Origin: Gammaproteobacteria bacterium
Lineage (GTDB): Bacteria > Pseudomonadota > Gammaproteobacteria > JBCCGL01
Reading direction: 5' to 3'
Assembly: GCA_965277715.1 (NCBI GenBank)
Contig: OZ255836.1
Location: 2,560,001-2,624,000, forward strand
Length of the DNA stretch: 64,000 nucleotides
Below, in pieces: positions 54,341 to 64,000 of this stretch; position 1 is the stretch's first letter; every line of letters starts with the position of its first letter. The translations under genes and the position numbers were made by a program. The notes under the pieces were generated by a model. That model was not told the DNA's origin. It saw nothing but the letters and a program-made list of their open reading frames with translations, and searched no databases.

Positions 54341-56136
54341 GACAGCGTTTCCGGGTCAGGTTGATTGTATTGCGGGGCGGGCGCACCGGGCATAATGACA
54401 TTAATGCAGGTCGGTGTTGACGATGCCAGGCCATTTGCCAACGCAGAGGGCAGCGCGGATAAGTCGGTGATTAAAACCCCCTCACAACCCAAACCACTGG
54501 CGGCCAGATCATAGCGGGTTTCAGCGCTCAATTCACACCCCAGCGTGCGCGATGGCCCATACTGCTGCAACTGGATATGGTGCTCGGCATTCCAGCGGGA
54601 GTCGTTACCGATTAATACGGTAATGCCCAGGGATTCTCTGGCGGCGGTTTCAAACTCAGCCAGGTGAAACCCGGCGGTGCCGTCGCCCATAATGGCAATC
54701 ACCACCGCTTCCGGGCGCGCCAACTGTGCGCCGATGGCATACGGCAGGGACGCGCCAATAGCACCGGAAGGCCCATTGGTCAGGCGCTGACTGTCAACTT
54801 GTGAGGTAAACGCCTGCGCCCATTGCCCAAACTCCCCGCCATCACAAATCACAATCTCCCCAGGATGTTCGATTCCAGGGTGTTCGATTCCAGTGGGTTG
54901 GATTCCAGTGGGTTGGATGCCGGGGTGTTGCGCCAATGCAGCGGCGACGCCATCGATAATCGCCTTGCTGTATAGCGCACTGTCAGTGGTATCGGCGAGC
55001 TGCCGGTGGTTCAATGCAATCGCTGCTCTGCGGCACCAATCACCGGGTACTGGGCAATCACCCTGTGCCGGGCGTTTTTCAATCAGTGGTTGGGGGGTTG
55101 CCCGGTTATTGTCTGTGGCATTGAGCAATTCCTCCACCGTCGCTATTGCATTGGCTGCCACCACGGTCAGTTGTTTATCCCTGAACACCGCGCTGGCACG
55201 ATTGACGGCGGCACAGCAGTCAGAGATGAACACGATATTATTGGCGGGAATCACCTCATCGGCGCCAAAGCCAGAGGTAAAGTCGACGGACTTACCCAAA
55301 TAACACACACAATCGGCCATGGATAACAGCGTACGCAATGCGCCGTGGGCCGGGTCACGCAGCCCACGCGGGCTATCGAGCACGACAACGGGCGCGCCCA
55401 GTGCCGCCGATAAAACACCGCATTGCCCGCGCCGCCGGGCGCTGAATACGTGTGGCCCGGCCAGGATAAGTGGCCGCTCTGCCGCCGTGAAGGTATCCAT
55501 AATAGTGGCGATTTGTGCGGTGCCTGGAGCGCGATGAGTGACCTTATTGTCAGCATAAATACGCGCTAACGGGTGCAGGGCGTGGGGGTCGGGCGCTGCT
55601 TCGATCACATCGAAGGGCAAGGCGATATGCACCGGCCCCGGCGTGCCCTGCTGGGCTGTTTGTACGGCTTTGGCAAAGACCTGCGCCGGGTCGTCTGCAA
55701 AAGACAGGCGCACACTGGCTTTAACAAAAGGGCTTGCGGCCGCCACCTGATCAAACTGCTGAAATGCCCCCGTACCATCCTGACCGACGGGGGAATCCCC
55801 ACTGAGCAACACCACCGGCACCTCAGACATCGACGCCGAATACAGCGCCCCCAGGGCGTTGGCAAACCCAGGGGCGGCGGTCACTAATGCAACCCCTATA
55901 CCGCCACTGACCCTGGCATAGGCCTCTGCCATAAACACAGCGGCGGCCTCGTGGCGGGTGTGTACTACCCGTATCGGGCAGTCATTAAAGGCATCGTAAA
56001 CCGGCATAATCTGATTGCCGGATAACGAAAACACCGTCGTCACCCCGGCATAATGCATTGCTGAGGCCAGGCGGTCAGCCGCACGTCGAGTGGTTTGGAG
56101 AGGCAGTGTATCGGCTAATTGGGGGGTGTCAGGCAT
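54337..56136 (-). CDS. ThDP-dependent enzyme (acetolactate synthase-like superfamily)
   Basis: TRHEAAAVFMA, PGPVHIALP and ThDP motif GDGTAGF...GND. Confidence 0.88.
   Translation of the reverse strand: MPDTPQLADTLPLQTTRRAADRLASAMHYAGVTTVFSLSGNQIMPVYDAFNDCPIRVVHTRHEAAAVFMAEAYARVSGGIGVALVTAAPGFANALGALYSASMSEVPVVLLSGDSPVGQDGTGAFQQFDQVAAASPFVKASVRLSFADDPAQVFAKAVQTAQQGTPGPVHIALPFDVIEAAPDPHALHPLARIYADNKVTHRAPGTAQIATIMDTFTAAERPLILAGPHVFSARRRGQCGVLSAALGAPVVVLDSPRGLRDPAHGALRTLLSMADCVCYLGKSVDFTSGFGADEVIPANNIVFISDCCAAVNRASAVFRDKQLTVVAANAIATVEELLNATDNNRATPQPLIEKRPAQGDCPVPGDWCRRAAIALNHRQLADTTDSALYSKAIIDGVAAALAQHPGIQPTGIQPTGIEHPGIEHPGEIVICDGGEFGQWAQAFTSQVDSQRLTNGPSGAIGASLPYAIGAQLARPEAVVIAIMGDGTAGFHLAEFETAARESLGITVLIGNDSRWNAEHHIQLQQYGPSRTLGCELSAETRYDLAASGLGCEGVLITDLSALPSALANGLASSTPTCINVIMPGAPAPQYNQPDPETLS
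54856..54930. repeat. In-frame 15-bp tandem repeat x5
   Basis: Units such as GATTCCAGTGGGTTG encode QHPGI-QPTGI-QPTGI-EHPGI-EHPGE on the minus strand. Confidence 0.85.
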
Positions 56137-56390
56137 GGGCAAAAAAGCACAAAAAGAGAGAGAGGGAGCAGATCAATCAAGGCATTTTCACACGCTGTTT
56201 GTTGGGGGCCTGGCATTTTTTGATCATGGCATAAAGCATGTTGAATAACAATTTTGACTCCTTTTTATTGCTTTTTCGTTGCTTTTTCATCTTTTTTAAT
56301 GATAGCGTTTTTGCATACGCCCACTGACTTCAACGCCGTTCCAGTGTATTCTTGCGCGCCCCGAAACAGGTACCCATTGTGGAAACCAAT

Positions 56391-56984
56391 ATGACACCGC
56401 GAACCGCTTCTGTCGAACGCAATACACTGGAAACCCAAATCGTCGTCGAGGTCAATCTGGACGGTTCGGGCGCCGCTACATTTGCCACTGGCGTGCCGTT
56501 TCTCGAACATATGCTGGAGCAGATTGCACGCCACGGACGGATCGATCTCACGATTCGCTGCCAGGGTGATACGCATATCGACGACCACCACTCGGTCGAG
56601 GATATCGGTATCACACTCGGCCAGGCTGTCAGCCAGGCGCTGGGTGACAAAAAAGGGATTGTACGGTACGGCCACGCGTATATCCCCCTGGATGAAGCCC
56701 TGTCACGCGTGGTGATCGATTTCTCCGGTCGGCCCGGGCTGGTGTTTAATGTCGATTTTATCCGCCCGCGTGTGGGCAGTTTTGATGTCGATTTGTTCTA
56801 CGAATTCTTTCAGGGCTTTGTCAACCACGCCAATGTCACGCTGCACATCGATAACCTGCGCGGCCACAATGAACACCACAAAATCGAAACTGTCTTTAAA
56901 GCCTTTGCCCGTGCGCTGCGCATGGCGATAAGCCCTGACCCACGTATGGCGGGGGTTACCCCATCGACCAAGGGCAGCCTGTAA
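56391..56984 (+). CDS. hisB: Imidazoleglycerol-phosphate dehydratase
   Basis: [10 protein letters not shown] and NEHHKIE motifs. Confidence 0.96.
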   Translation: MTPRTASVERNTLETQIVVEVNLDGSGAATFATGVPFLEHMLEQIARHGRIDLTIRCQGDTHIDDHHSVEDIGITLGQAVSQALGDKKGIVRYGHAYIPLDEALSRVVIDFSGRPGLVFNVDFIRPRVGSFDVDLFYEFFQGFVNHANVTLHIDNLRGHNEHHKIETVFKAFARALRMAISPDPRMAGVTPSTKGSL

Positions 56985-56997
56985 CCCCCTCAAGACT

Positions 56998-57663
56998 ATG
57001 GCTTCGACAGATAAACAAACGGTCGCTGTTATCGATTACGGCATGGGAAATTTGCGCTCGGTGGCGCGTGCACTAGCGCATGTGGCCAGTGGTGCCGAGG
57101 TGATTGTCAGCGGCGACAGCGCGGTGATAGCGGCGGCTGACCGGGTGGTATTTCCCGGCCAGGGCGCAGCCCGCGATTGTATGCACAATCTGCGTGCGTA
57201 TTCACTGGTCGAGGCGGTAACGGCTGCGTATCACGAAAAACCGTTTCTCGGGATTTGTATGGGCCTGCAGGTGTTGCTTGGCCGCAGTGATGAAAACGAC
57301 GGCATCGACTGCCTGGGGTTGGTGCCCGGTGGGGTGCACGAGTTTGCTCACCAGGGTGGCGATACGGATACCGGGGTGCGCTTATCGGTGCCACAAATGG
57401 GCTGGAACCAGGTGTGGCAGGCAGACAGCCAGCACCCGCTCTGGCACAAGGTGCAAGAGGGGGCGCGGTTTTATTTCTGTAACAGTTATTACGTCGATCC
57501 ACAGGATCATATGCTGGCCGTTGGGCGCAGCCACTACGGCCACGGTTTTACCAGTGCCATTGCCCGGCGCAATGTGTTTGCCTGCCAGTTTCACCCGGAG
57601 AAAAGCGCCACTGACGGCTTACAGTTACTGAGGAATTTTGTGCAGTGGAACGGTCAGTACTGA
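56998..57663 (+). CDS. hisH: IGP synthase glutaminase subunit
   Basis: DYGMGNL, PGQG, GICMGLQ and QFHPEKS motifs. Confidence 0.95.
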   Translation: MASTDKQTVAVIDYGMGNLRSVARALAHVASGAEVIVSGDSAVIAAADRVVFPGQGAARDCMHNLRAYSLVEAVTAAYHEKPFLGICMGLQVLLGRSDENDGIDCLGLVPGGVHEFAHQGGDTDTGVRLSVPQMGWNQVWQADSQHPLWHKVQEGARFYFCNSYYVDPQDHMLAVGRSHYGHGFTSAIARRNVFACQFHPEKSATDGLQLLRNFVQWNGQY

Positions 57664-58151
57664 TTCGCAACGCACAGCAGCGGGACCTGCCTGCGCTGAC
57701 GGCCATCTACAACCACTATGTCGAGCACTCGGTGATAACCTTTGATACCGAGGTATTCAGCACGGCACAACGGCAGGCGTGGTTTGATCGGTTTAGCCAA
57801 ACAGGCCGCCACCGTTTATTGGTCGCCGTGTGTGAAGGTGAACCCGTCGGCTATGCCTGTAGCGCACCGCTAAGACCCAAACCGGCGTATAGCACCTCGG
57901 TTGAAACGACAATTTATCTACGCGCTGATGCCGGTGGCAAAGGCATTGGCCGACAGTTGTATAGCGCTTTGCTGGCAGTATTGGCAGAGGCGGACGTGCA
58001 CCGCGCCTACGCCGTGCTGGCGCTGCCTAATGACGCCTCGCGCCAGCTCCACCTGGCGCTGGGGTTTGCGCCCCTGCACGTGCTACATGAAGTCGGCAGG
58101 AAATGGGGGCGCTACGTCGACACCGAATGGTTTGAGAAAAAGTTGGACTGA
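57645..58151 (+). CDS. GNAT N-acetyltransferase (PAT/MnaT-like)
   Basis: IYNHYV, AY..SVE..IY, GKGIG, PNDAS..LH...GF and [10 protein letters not shown] motifs. Confidence 0.88.
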   Translation: MERSVLIRNAQQRDLPALTAIYNHYVEHSVITFDTEVFSTAQRQAWFDRFSQTGRHRLLVAVCEGEPVGYACSAPLRPKPAYSTSVETTIYLRADAGGKGIGRQLYSALLAVLAEADVHRAYAVLALPNDASRQLHLALGFAPLHVLHEVGRKWGRYVDTEWFEKKLD

Positions 58152-58152
58152 T

Positions 58153-58902
58153 ATGTTACTGATTCCTGCAATCGATATAAAAGAGGGCCAGTGCGTGCGT
58201 TTGCGCCAGGGGTGTATGGACGATAACACGGTGTTTTCCAGTGACCCGGTCGCGGTGGCCGGGCGCTGGGTCGATGAAGGCGCCCGGCGGCTGCATTTGG
58301 TCGATCTCGACGGCGCCTTTGCCGGTGAACCAAAAAACGCGGCGATTGTGCGCCGTATCCACGAGGCTTACCCCCAGTTGCCGCTGCAAATCGGCGGCGG
58401 TATACGCACGCCGGACACCGCCACCGCCTACCTCGACGCGGGGGTGTCGTTTGTGATTATTGGCACCCAGGCAGTGCGTGACCCGGCCTTTGTCAGTGCG
58501 CTGTGCCAGCAGTGCCCCGGCCAGGTAATCGTTGGCCTGGATGCCCGCGATGGTCTGCTGGCGGTGGAGGGCTGGGCGCAGAGCTCCGGTGTCGATGCGA
58601 TTGCGCTGGCGCAACAGTTTGAAGGCGCTGGCGTCGCGGCCATTGTGTATACCGATATTGCCCGCGACGGCATGATGCGGGGGGTTAACGCCGCCGCCAC
58701 CGAGCGCCTGGCGCAGGCGATTTCAATTCCTGTGATCGCCTCCGGTGGGGTCACTGACCTGGCGGATATCGAGCGGCTCTGCGAGGTGGCCACGGCGGGC
58801 ATCAGCGGTGCCATTATTGGCCGGGCGCTCTACGAAGGCCGGATCGACCTGGCCGATGCAAAGCAATTGGTCGGCGATATGCTGGGTGAAGGGCTGGCCT
58901 GA
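58153..58902 (+). CDS. hisA: ProFAR isomerase
   Basis: [28 protein letters not shown] and YTDIARDG motifs. Confidence 0.96.
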   Translation: MLLIPAIDIKEGQCVRLRQGCMDDNTVFSSDPVAVAGRWVDEGARRLHLVDLDGAFAGEPKNAAIVRRIHEAYPQLPLQIGGGIRTPDTATAYLDAGVSFVIIGTQAVRDPAFVSALCQQCPGQVIVGLDARDGLLAVEGWAQSSGVDAIALAQQFEGAGVAAIVYTDIARDGMMRGVNAAATERLAQAISIPVIASGGVTDLADIERLCEVATAGISGAIIGRALYEGRIDLADAKQLVGDMLGEGLA

Positions 58903-59675
58903 TGGGCTTGGCAAAACGCATCATCCCCTGCCTGGATGTCGACAATGGCCGCGTGGTTAAAGGCGTGCAGTTTGTCGATATTCGCGACGCGGGTGACCCG
59001 GTGGAAGTGGCCCGGCGCTACAACGCCGAGGGCGCCGATGAAATTACCTTTCTCGATATTACTGCCAGCTCAAGCGAGCGCGCAACCCTGGTCGATGTGG
59101 TCGAGCGGGTGGCCGATGAAGTCTTTATTCCACTCACTGTGGGGGGCGGTATTCGCACCCTGAACGATGTGCGCACGCTGCTCAATGCCGGGGCCGATAA
59201 AGTCGGTATCAACACCGCCGCGATTACCCACCCGTATTTTGTGCGTGAGGCCAGTGAGAAATTTGGTGCACAGTGCATCGTCGTCGCCATCGACGCCAAG
59301 TGCGTCAGTGTGGATAACGAAACACCGCGCTTTGAAATATTCACCCACGGCGGGCGCAAACCCACGGGGCTGGACGCCATTGAATGGGCGCGCAAAATGG
59401 CCGACTATGGCGCCGGTGAAATCCTCCTGACCAGTATGGACAGGGATGGCACCAAGGCGGGGTTTAACCTGCCGCTGACGCGGGCCATCGTCGATGCCGT
59501 GCCGGTGCCGGTTATCGCCTCCGGTGGCGTCGGCAACCTCGATCACCTCTGCGATGGCGTTTTGCTCGGCGGTGCCGATGCGGTGCTCGCCGCCAGCATA
59601 TTTCACTTTGGCGAATACACCATTGGCCAGGCCAAAGCGCGTATGCACGAGCGCGGCATTGAAGTCCGGCTGTAA
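58902..59675 (+). CDS. hisF: IGP synthase cyclase subunit
   Basis: [15 protein letters not shown] and LTSMDRDGT motifs. Confidence 0.97.
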   Translation: MGLAKRIIPCLDVDNGRVVKGVQFVDIRDAGDPVEVARRYNAEGADEITFLDITASSSERATLVDVVERVADEVFIPLTVGGGIRTLNDVRTLLNAGADKVGINTAAITHPYFVREASEKFGAQCIVVAIDAKCVSVDNETPRFEIFTHGGRKPTGLDAIEWARKMADYGAGEILLTSMDRDGTKAGFNLPLTRAIVDAVPVPVIASGGVGNLDHLCDGVLLGGADAVLAASIFHFGEYTIGQAKARMHERGIEVRL

Positions 59676-59720
59676 ACATCAGCGTGCCAAACCTGGAAAA
59701 ACAAGGGCTTACCCCTCGCC

Positions 59721-60125
59721 ATGAATGAACACTTTCTCGATCAAATCCACTGGAACGAGGCGGGCCTGGTCGCGGCCATCGCCCAGCAGACTGAAACCGG
59801 CACGGTACTGATGATGGCGTGGATGAGCCGCGAATCGTTACAGTTGACCATCGAGCGCGGCGAGGCGGTGTACTGGTCGCGCTCCAGGAATAAGCTGTGG
59901 CACAAGGGTGAGGTGTCCGGTAACACACAATTGGTGCGCGGAATTCGCCTCGACTGCGATGCCGACGTGCTGCTGTTGGAAGTCGAGCAGCGCGGCGATA
60001 TCGCCTGCCACACGGGGCGCCAGCACTGTTTTTTCCGCCGCTATGAAAACGGCGCGTGGCGTGTGAGTGATGCTGTGTTGCGTGACCCTGAAACAATGTA
60101 TACACAAAAGAATAGAGATTCGTAG
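59721..60125 (+). CDS. hisI: Phosphoribosyl-AMP cyclohydrolase
   Basis: SRSR..LWHKGE.SG, DCDAD and ACHTG..CF motifs. Confidence 0.96.
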   Translation: MNEHFLDQIHWNEAGLVAAIAQQTETGTVLMMAWMSRESLQLTIERGEAVYWSRSRNKLWHKGEVSGNTQLVRGIRLDCDADVLLLEVEQRGDIACHTGRQHCFFRRYENGAWRVSDAVLRDPETMYTQKNRDS

Positions 60126-60126
60126 C

Positions 60127-60453
60127 ATGTCTGAGGCTATACTTCGCATCCTGGCGCAACAGCTCGAACAACGCAAAGCGGCAGACCCTGCCACCTCGTA
60201 TGTCGCCAGCCTGTACCATAAAGGGCGTGATGAAATCCTGAAAAAGGTCGGTGAGGAAGCCATCGAAACCGTGCTGGCAGGTAAAAATGACGACGACCGG
60301 CACCTCGTCTATGAAACCGCCGATTTATGGTTTCATACCCTGGTTATGCTGGCGCAGCGGGGCCTTGGCCCGGAGCATGTATTAAACGAATTGCAGCGGC
60401 GGTTTGGCCAGTCGGGTCACCAGGAAAAAGCGGCGCGTTGCAAAACTGAGTAA
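60127..60453 (+). CDS. hisE: Phosphoribosyl-ATP diphosphatase
   Basis: [14 protein letters not shown] and ETADLWFH motifs. Confidence 0.96.
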   Translation: MSEAILRILAQQLEQRKAADPATSYVASLYHKGRDEILKKVGEEAIETVLAGKNDDDRHLVYETADLWFHTLVMLAQRGLGPEHVLNELQRRFGQSGHQEKAARCKTE

Positions 60454-60474
60454 TAGAGAAACTGGAGAGAATTT

Positions 60475-60705
60475 ATGGGCATTAGTGTTTGGCAATTATT
60501 GATTATCCTGGCCATCGTGCTGTTGTTGTTTGGCGCCAAGCGCCTGCGCAATATCGGTGGTGACCTCGGCGCGGCGGTGCGTGGGTTTAAACAATCGGTA
60601 AAAGACGAGGGTGAAAGCGAGGCCGAAAAGCTTAAAGACGCCAGCGAAGAGCGCGTGATTGAAGGCGAGGCCAATGCCAAAGTAGCGGAAAAGGAAAAAG
60701 CCTGA
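60475..60705 (+). CDS. tatA: Twin-arginine translocase TatA
   Basis: [30 protein letters not shown]. Confidence 0.95.
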   Translation: MGISVWQLLIILAIVLLLFGAKRLRNIGGDLGAAVRGFKQSVKDEGESEAEKLKDASEERVIEGEANAKVAEKEKA

Positions 60706-60741
60706 ACCACCGTATTACGGTCACCGGGCTGAACGCACACC

Positions 60742-61260
60742 ATGTTCGATATTGGTTTTTGGGAAATTTGCCTTATTGGCATCGTCGGTCTGCTGGTGAT
60801 CGGCCCGGACCGGCTGCCCGGTGTGGCGCGTACCGTAGGCCGCTGGGTGGGCAAGGCGCAGCGCATGGTGAACGGGGTCAAGTCTGACATTAACCGCGAA
60901 CTGGAGGCCGGTGAGCTGCGCGAATTGCTCGGTGAGCAGAAAAAACAAATCCAGGCGCTGCAGGGCCTGGTCGGTGACACCAAAAGCGACGTGGAGTCCT
61001 CCACCCGCGATGCCATCGCCGCCAGCGAAAAATCCTGGGCTGAAGAAGTCGCCGAGTTTCACGCACAGGAAGCAAAACAACAGAGCGACCAAAACACTAT
61101 TATGCCGCCACCGGCAGGCACCGCTGAAGGGGTTGCTTCCGGTGACAGTGCTGCACCACCGTCACCGGTTGATACAGGCGATGGCAGGGCCACACCGCCG
61201 CCACAGACTAACCCAATCAGCCACGATGCTGCCGACGAGGCAGATAATAGAACAGTATGA
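60742..61260 (+). CDS. tatB: Twin-arginine translocase TatB
   Basis: MFDIGFWE...GPDRLP. Confidence 0.95.
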   Translation: MFDIGFWEICLIGIVGLLVIGPDRLPGVARTVGRWVGKAQRMVNGVKSDINRELEAGELRELLGEQKKQIQALQGLVGDTKSDVESSTRDAIAASEKSWAEEVAEFHAQEAKQQSDQNTIMPPPAGTAEGVASGDSAAPPSPVDTGDGRATPPPQTNPISHDAADEADNRTV

Positions 61261-62213
61261 GTAGCACCGAGGAAGAAGTACTCGACGACGAGGGAAAAGA
61301 ACAGGGGTTCCTCTCGCACCTGTACGAACTGCGTGACCGGCTACTGCGCAGCGTATTGTCGGTCATTATTTTATTCGCCTGCCTGTTCGCCTTCTCCGAA
61401 GAGATTTACACCTGGCTGGCCGATCCCTTGTTAAGACACCTGCCAGAAGGCTCTAATATGATCGCCATCGACGTGGCGTCGCCGTTTCTGACCCCGTTCA
61501 AACTGGTGTTGATGCTCTCTATTTTTCTCGCCGTACCCTACCTGTTATCCCAGATCTGGGGGTTTGTGGCGCCGGGTTTATACAAGAGTGAGAAGCGCCT
61601 GGCGGTGCCTTTGCTGGTGTCCAGTACGGTGCTGTTTTATTGCGGCGTTGCGTTTGCCTATTTTGTGGTGTTTCCACTGGTGTTTGGTTTCTTTACCAGC
61701 ATTGCCCCCGCCGGGGTTGAAGTCAGCACCGATATTGCGCGCTATCTGGATTTTGTTATCACCATATTCTTTGCCTTTGGCATCGCGTTTGAAGTCCCGA
61801 TTGCGGTGTTTTTATTAATCGCCACGGGCATAACCACCCCCGAAGACCTCGCCTCCAAACGGCCTTACTTTATTGTCGCCGCGTTTATCGTGGGTATGTT
61901 TTTGACCCCGCCGGATATCATCTCGCAAACCCTGTTGGCCCTGCCGATGTGGCTATTGTTTGAACTGGGCATTATTTTTGCGAAACTAATGTTGCGCAAA
62001 CCTGACTCAGCACCTGAGCCGGGTAGCGGTTCGATGCCTCTGGCCAGCCAGCCGTTGATAACGACAGCGGCTACCGCTGCAACCGCCTCTAACAGTCAAG
62101 ATGATGACGATTATGTTGAAATGACGGATGAGGAAATGGATGCGGAACTGGATAAGATTGAGGCACAAGAGGATGGGAGTGATGACACACCAGCGGGTTC
62201 AGCCAAGCCATAG
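61257..62213 (+). CDS. tatC: Twin-arginine translocase TatC
   Basis: SHLYELR, APGLY..EK and TPPD..SQ motifs; acidic C-terminal tail. Confidence 0.96.
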   Translation: MSSTEEEVLDDEGKEQGFLSHLYELRDRLLRSVLSVIILFACLFAFSEEIYTWLADPLLRHLPEGSNMIAIDVASPFLTPFKLVLMLSIFLAVPYLLSQIWGFVAPGLYKSEKRLAVPLLVSSTVLFYCGVAFAYFVVFPLVFGFFTSIAPAGVEVSTDIARYLDFVITIFFAFGIAFEVPIAVFLLIATGITTPEDLASKRPYFIVAAFIVGMFLTPPDIISQTLLALPMWLLFELGIIFAKLMLRKPDSAPEPGSGSMPLASQPLITTAATAATASNSQDDDDYVEMTDEEMDAELDKIEAQEDGSDDTPAGSAKP

Positions 62214-62220
62214 CTGCACT

Positions 62221-62342
62221 TAGGAACGTGCACATTTACTCTTTTTCAATACGCTATTGTATTAATAACACGCTTGGCCAACTCAACTATAAGGTAAATG
62301 GGTACATTTACGAATCCCGGAGTTTATTTCGTGCACGTTCCT
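62221..62342 (-). mobile_element. MITE family B, copy 3 (both TIRs intact)
   Basis: TAGGAACGTGCAC...GTGCACGTTCCT, a 12-bp perfect TIR. Interior aligns with the 18813 and 30775 copies. Confidence 0.82.
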
Positions 62343-62425
62343 GTACGCCTATAATGCGTTACATCAAAGTGGGTGGCGACACCTGTCAGTGTGTAACCAC
62401 CTGATCGTTGACCTGGCATTTATAC

Positions 62426-63946
62426 TCAAATAGCAGGGTTCGATTCAATACGAAAAAAACGTTTAATAACCCGCTGAAAAACCGGCGCAACCAACACCAA
62501 AAAAGTTAACGACATAATGCCAAGCGTAATCGGGCGCTCCCATAAAAAACTGAGACTATCGTCGTTGATCAACAAAGCACGCCGAAGGTTGTCCTCCATC
62601 ATGCCACCAAGGATAAACCCCAACAGCAACGGTGCCATTGGAAAAGTCATTAAACGAAGGAATATCGCCAACGCACAGATACCAACCATAATCAGAATAT
62701 CTGTCGGGTTAAATGACACCAGATAAACCCCGGTAATTGAAAACAACAGAATCATCGGTATCAATACAGGCTTGGGGATAATCAGCAGGCGGGCGATGTA
62801 AGGAATCAGTGGCAGGTTCAGAATCAACAAAACCACATTGCCAATGTACATCGAAATAATCACCGACCAAAACACTTCAGGGTTGTCGATAAATAATCTT
62901 GGGCCAGGCTGAATGCCATAGGAAATCAGCGCGCCAAGCATAATAGCGGTGGTGCCAGAGCCTGGGATGCCCAGCGTTAACAAAGGCACGAATGAGCCGG
63001 AAGAGGCGGCGTTATTGGCTGCTTCAGGGGCGGCCAGTCCGCGCAAAGAACCACTGCCAAAGGCGTCTTTCCTGCTACCTTTGGCGATATTACGCTCAGT
63101 GCCATAAGCCAGAAAAGCGGCGATTGTAGCGCCCGCACCCGGCAGAACACCTACCAGAAAACCCAGTACAGAGGAGCGTGCAATAGTGGGGGCAACTTCT
63201 TTTACTTCCTCACGGCGCAGTTTCATGCTGCCGGGCCTGCCCATATCGTGCACCTCTGCGTTTTCATCGCTGCGCTCAAGCACTGACATCATCGCCTCGG
63301 CGAGGGCGAAGGTGGCCATTGCCAACAGCAGAAAGCTGATGCCATCGAGTAGATCGACAGAACCAAAGGTAAAACGCTCGACTCCGGTTGCGCGGTCGAT
63401 ACCGACTGTCGATAGCATTAAACCAAACACTGTCATCATCAATGCTTTGATGATTTGCCCTTTACCGCTAAATGCGGCCACCGCAGAAAGGCCGAGCACC
63501 ATTAATGCGAAATAGTCAGCCGACTGAAAGCTAAGCGATACGTTGGCCAGCACCGGCGCTGCCAGCAACAAAAAAACAGCCGATATAGTGCCGCCGGTGA
63601 ACGATGCATAAGCGGCCAGCGCTAAAGCCTTGCCCGCATCGCCACGGGCGGCCATGGGATAACCGTCAAACGCAGTGACAACCGTGCCGGAACAACCGGG
63701 CGCGTTGATAAGAATGGAAGAGGTCGAACCGCCGAAAATAGCTCCGTAGTAAACACCTGCCATCAGAATAATGCCGGAAGAGGGGTCGATCCCGTAGGTG
63801 ATCGGGATCATTAAGGCGATGGCCGAGACGGGGCCTAATCCGGGTAACATGCCAATAAAAGTACCGACAAAGCAACCGAGCACCACCATGGCCAGATTAG
63901 TCGGCATGACGGCGGTTTGTAAACCGATAAGGATACCGTCGAGCAT
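62426..63946 (-). CDS. tctA: Tripartite tricarboxylate transporter large permease
   Basis: GMLPGLG, YYGAIFGGS.SSILINAPG, APEAANN and LTLGIPG motifs. Confidence 0.93.
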   Translation of the reverse strand: MLDGILIGLQTAVMPTNLAMVVLGCFVGTFIGMLPGLGPVSAIALMIPITYGIDPSSGIILMAGVYYGAIFGGSTSSILINAPGCSGTVVTAFDGYPMAARGDAGKALALAAYASFTGGTISAVFLLLAAPVLANVSLSFQSADYFALMVLGLSAVAAFSGKGQIIKALMMTVFGLMLSTVGIDRATGVERFTFGSVDLLDGISFLLLAMATFALAEAMMSVLERSDENAEVHDMGRPGSMKLRREEVKEVAPTIARSSVLGFLVGVLPGAGATIAAFLAYGTERNIAKGSRKDAFGSGSLRGLAAPEAANNAASSGSFVPLLTLGIPGSGTTAIMLGALISYGIQPGPRLFIDNPEVFWSVIISMYIGNVVLLILNLPLIPYIARLLIIPKPVLIPMILLFSITGVYLVSFNPTDILIMVGICALAIFLRLMTFPMAPLLLGFILGGMMEDNLRRALLINDDSLSFLWERPITLGIMSLTFLVLVAPVFQRVIKRFFRIESNPAI

Positions 63947-63947
63947 G

Positions 63948-64000
63948 TTACTGTCCTGCGACAATGCGCCCTGGCGCGAGGTAAATGTCGAGTAGTTGGG
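63948..64000 (-). CDS. 3' end of TctB-like small permease (partial)
   Basis: Frame reads QLLDIYLAPGRIVAGQ-stop, ending immediately before the tctA ATG. Confidence 0.55.
   Translation of the reverse strand, partial: QLLDIYLAPGRIVAGQ

Overview
Chromosomal window of a probably marine gammaproteobacterium. The left part (1-30.6 kb) holds phoBR with a Pho box, a bufferin-type MNIO RiPP operon, ugpQ, a vapBC toxin-antitoxin pair, queCDEF, a beta-propeller lipoprotein, a Lrp/AsnC regulator, mutM, rppH, aroE, hemB, cobN and rpsT. These genes are interspersed with at least three families of short MITE/REP-like repeats. The centre is a very large type I-F CRISPR array (31306-45809; 242 repeats, 241 spacers, transcribed on the minus strand, leader on the right) with no cas genes in the window. 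Its leader-distal repeat runs directly into the 5' portion (domains I-III) of a group II intron that has no RT ORF. The right part holds a kinase-M23-class III aminotransferase fusion, an uncharacterised six-gene operon (ThDP enzyme, SDH-like complex, two-subunit Fe-S hydro-lyase), hisBHAFIE with an inserted GNAT, tatABC and tctA. The most unusual signals are the intron-CRISPR junction, the block-wise repeat switching in the array, the divergent SDH-like operon, and a palindromic element that begins exactly at TAG stop codons. All calls come from reading the sequence by eye; no searches were run.
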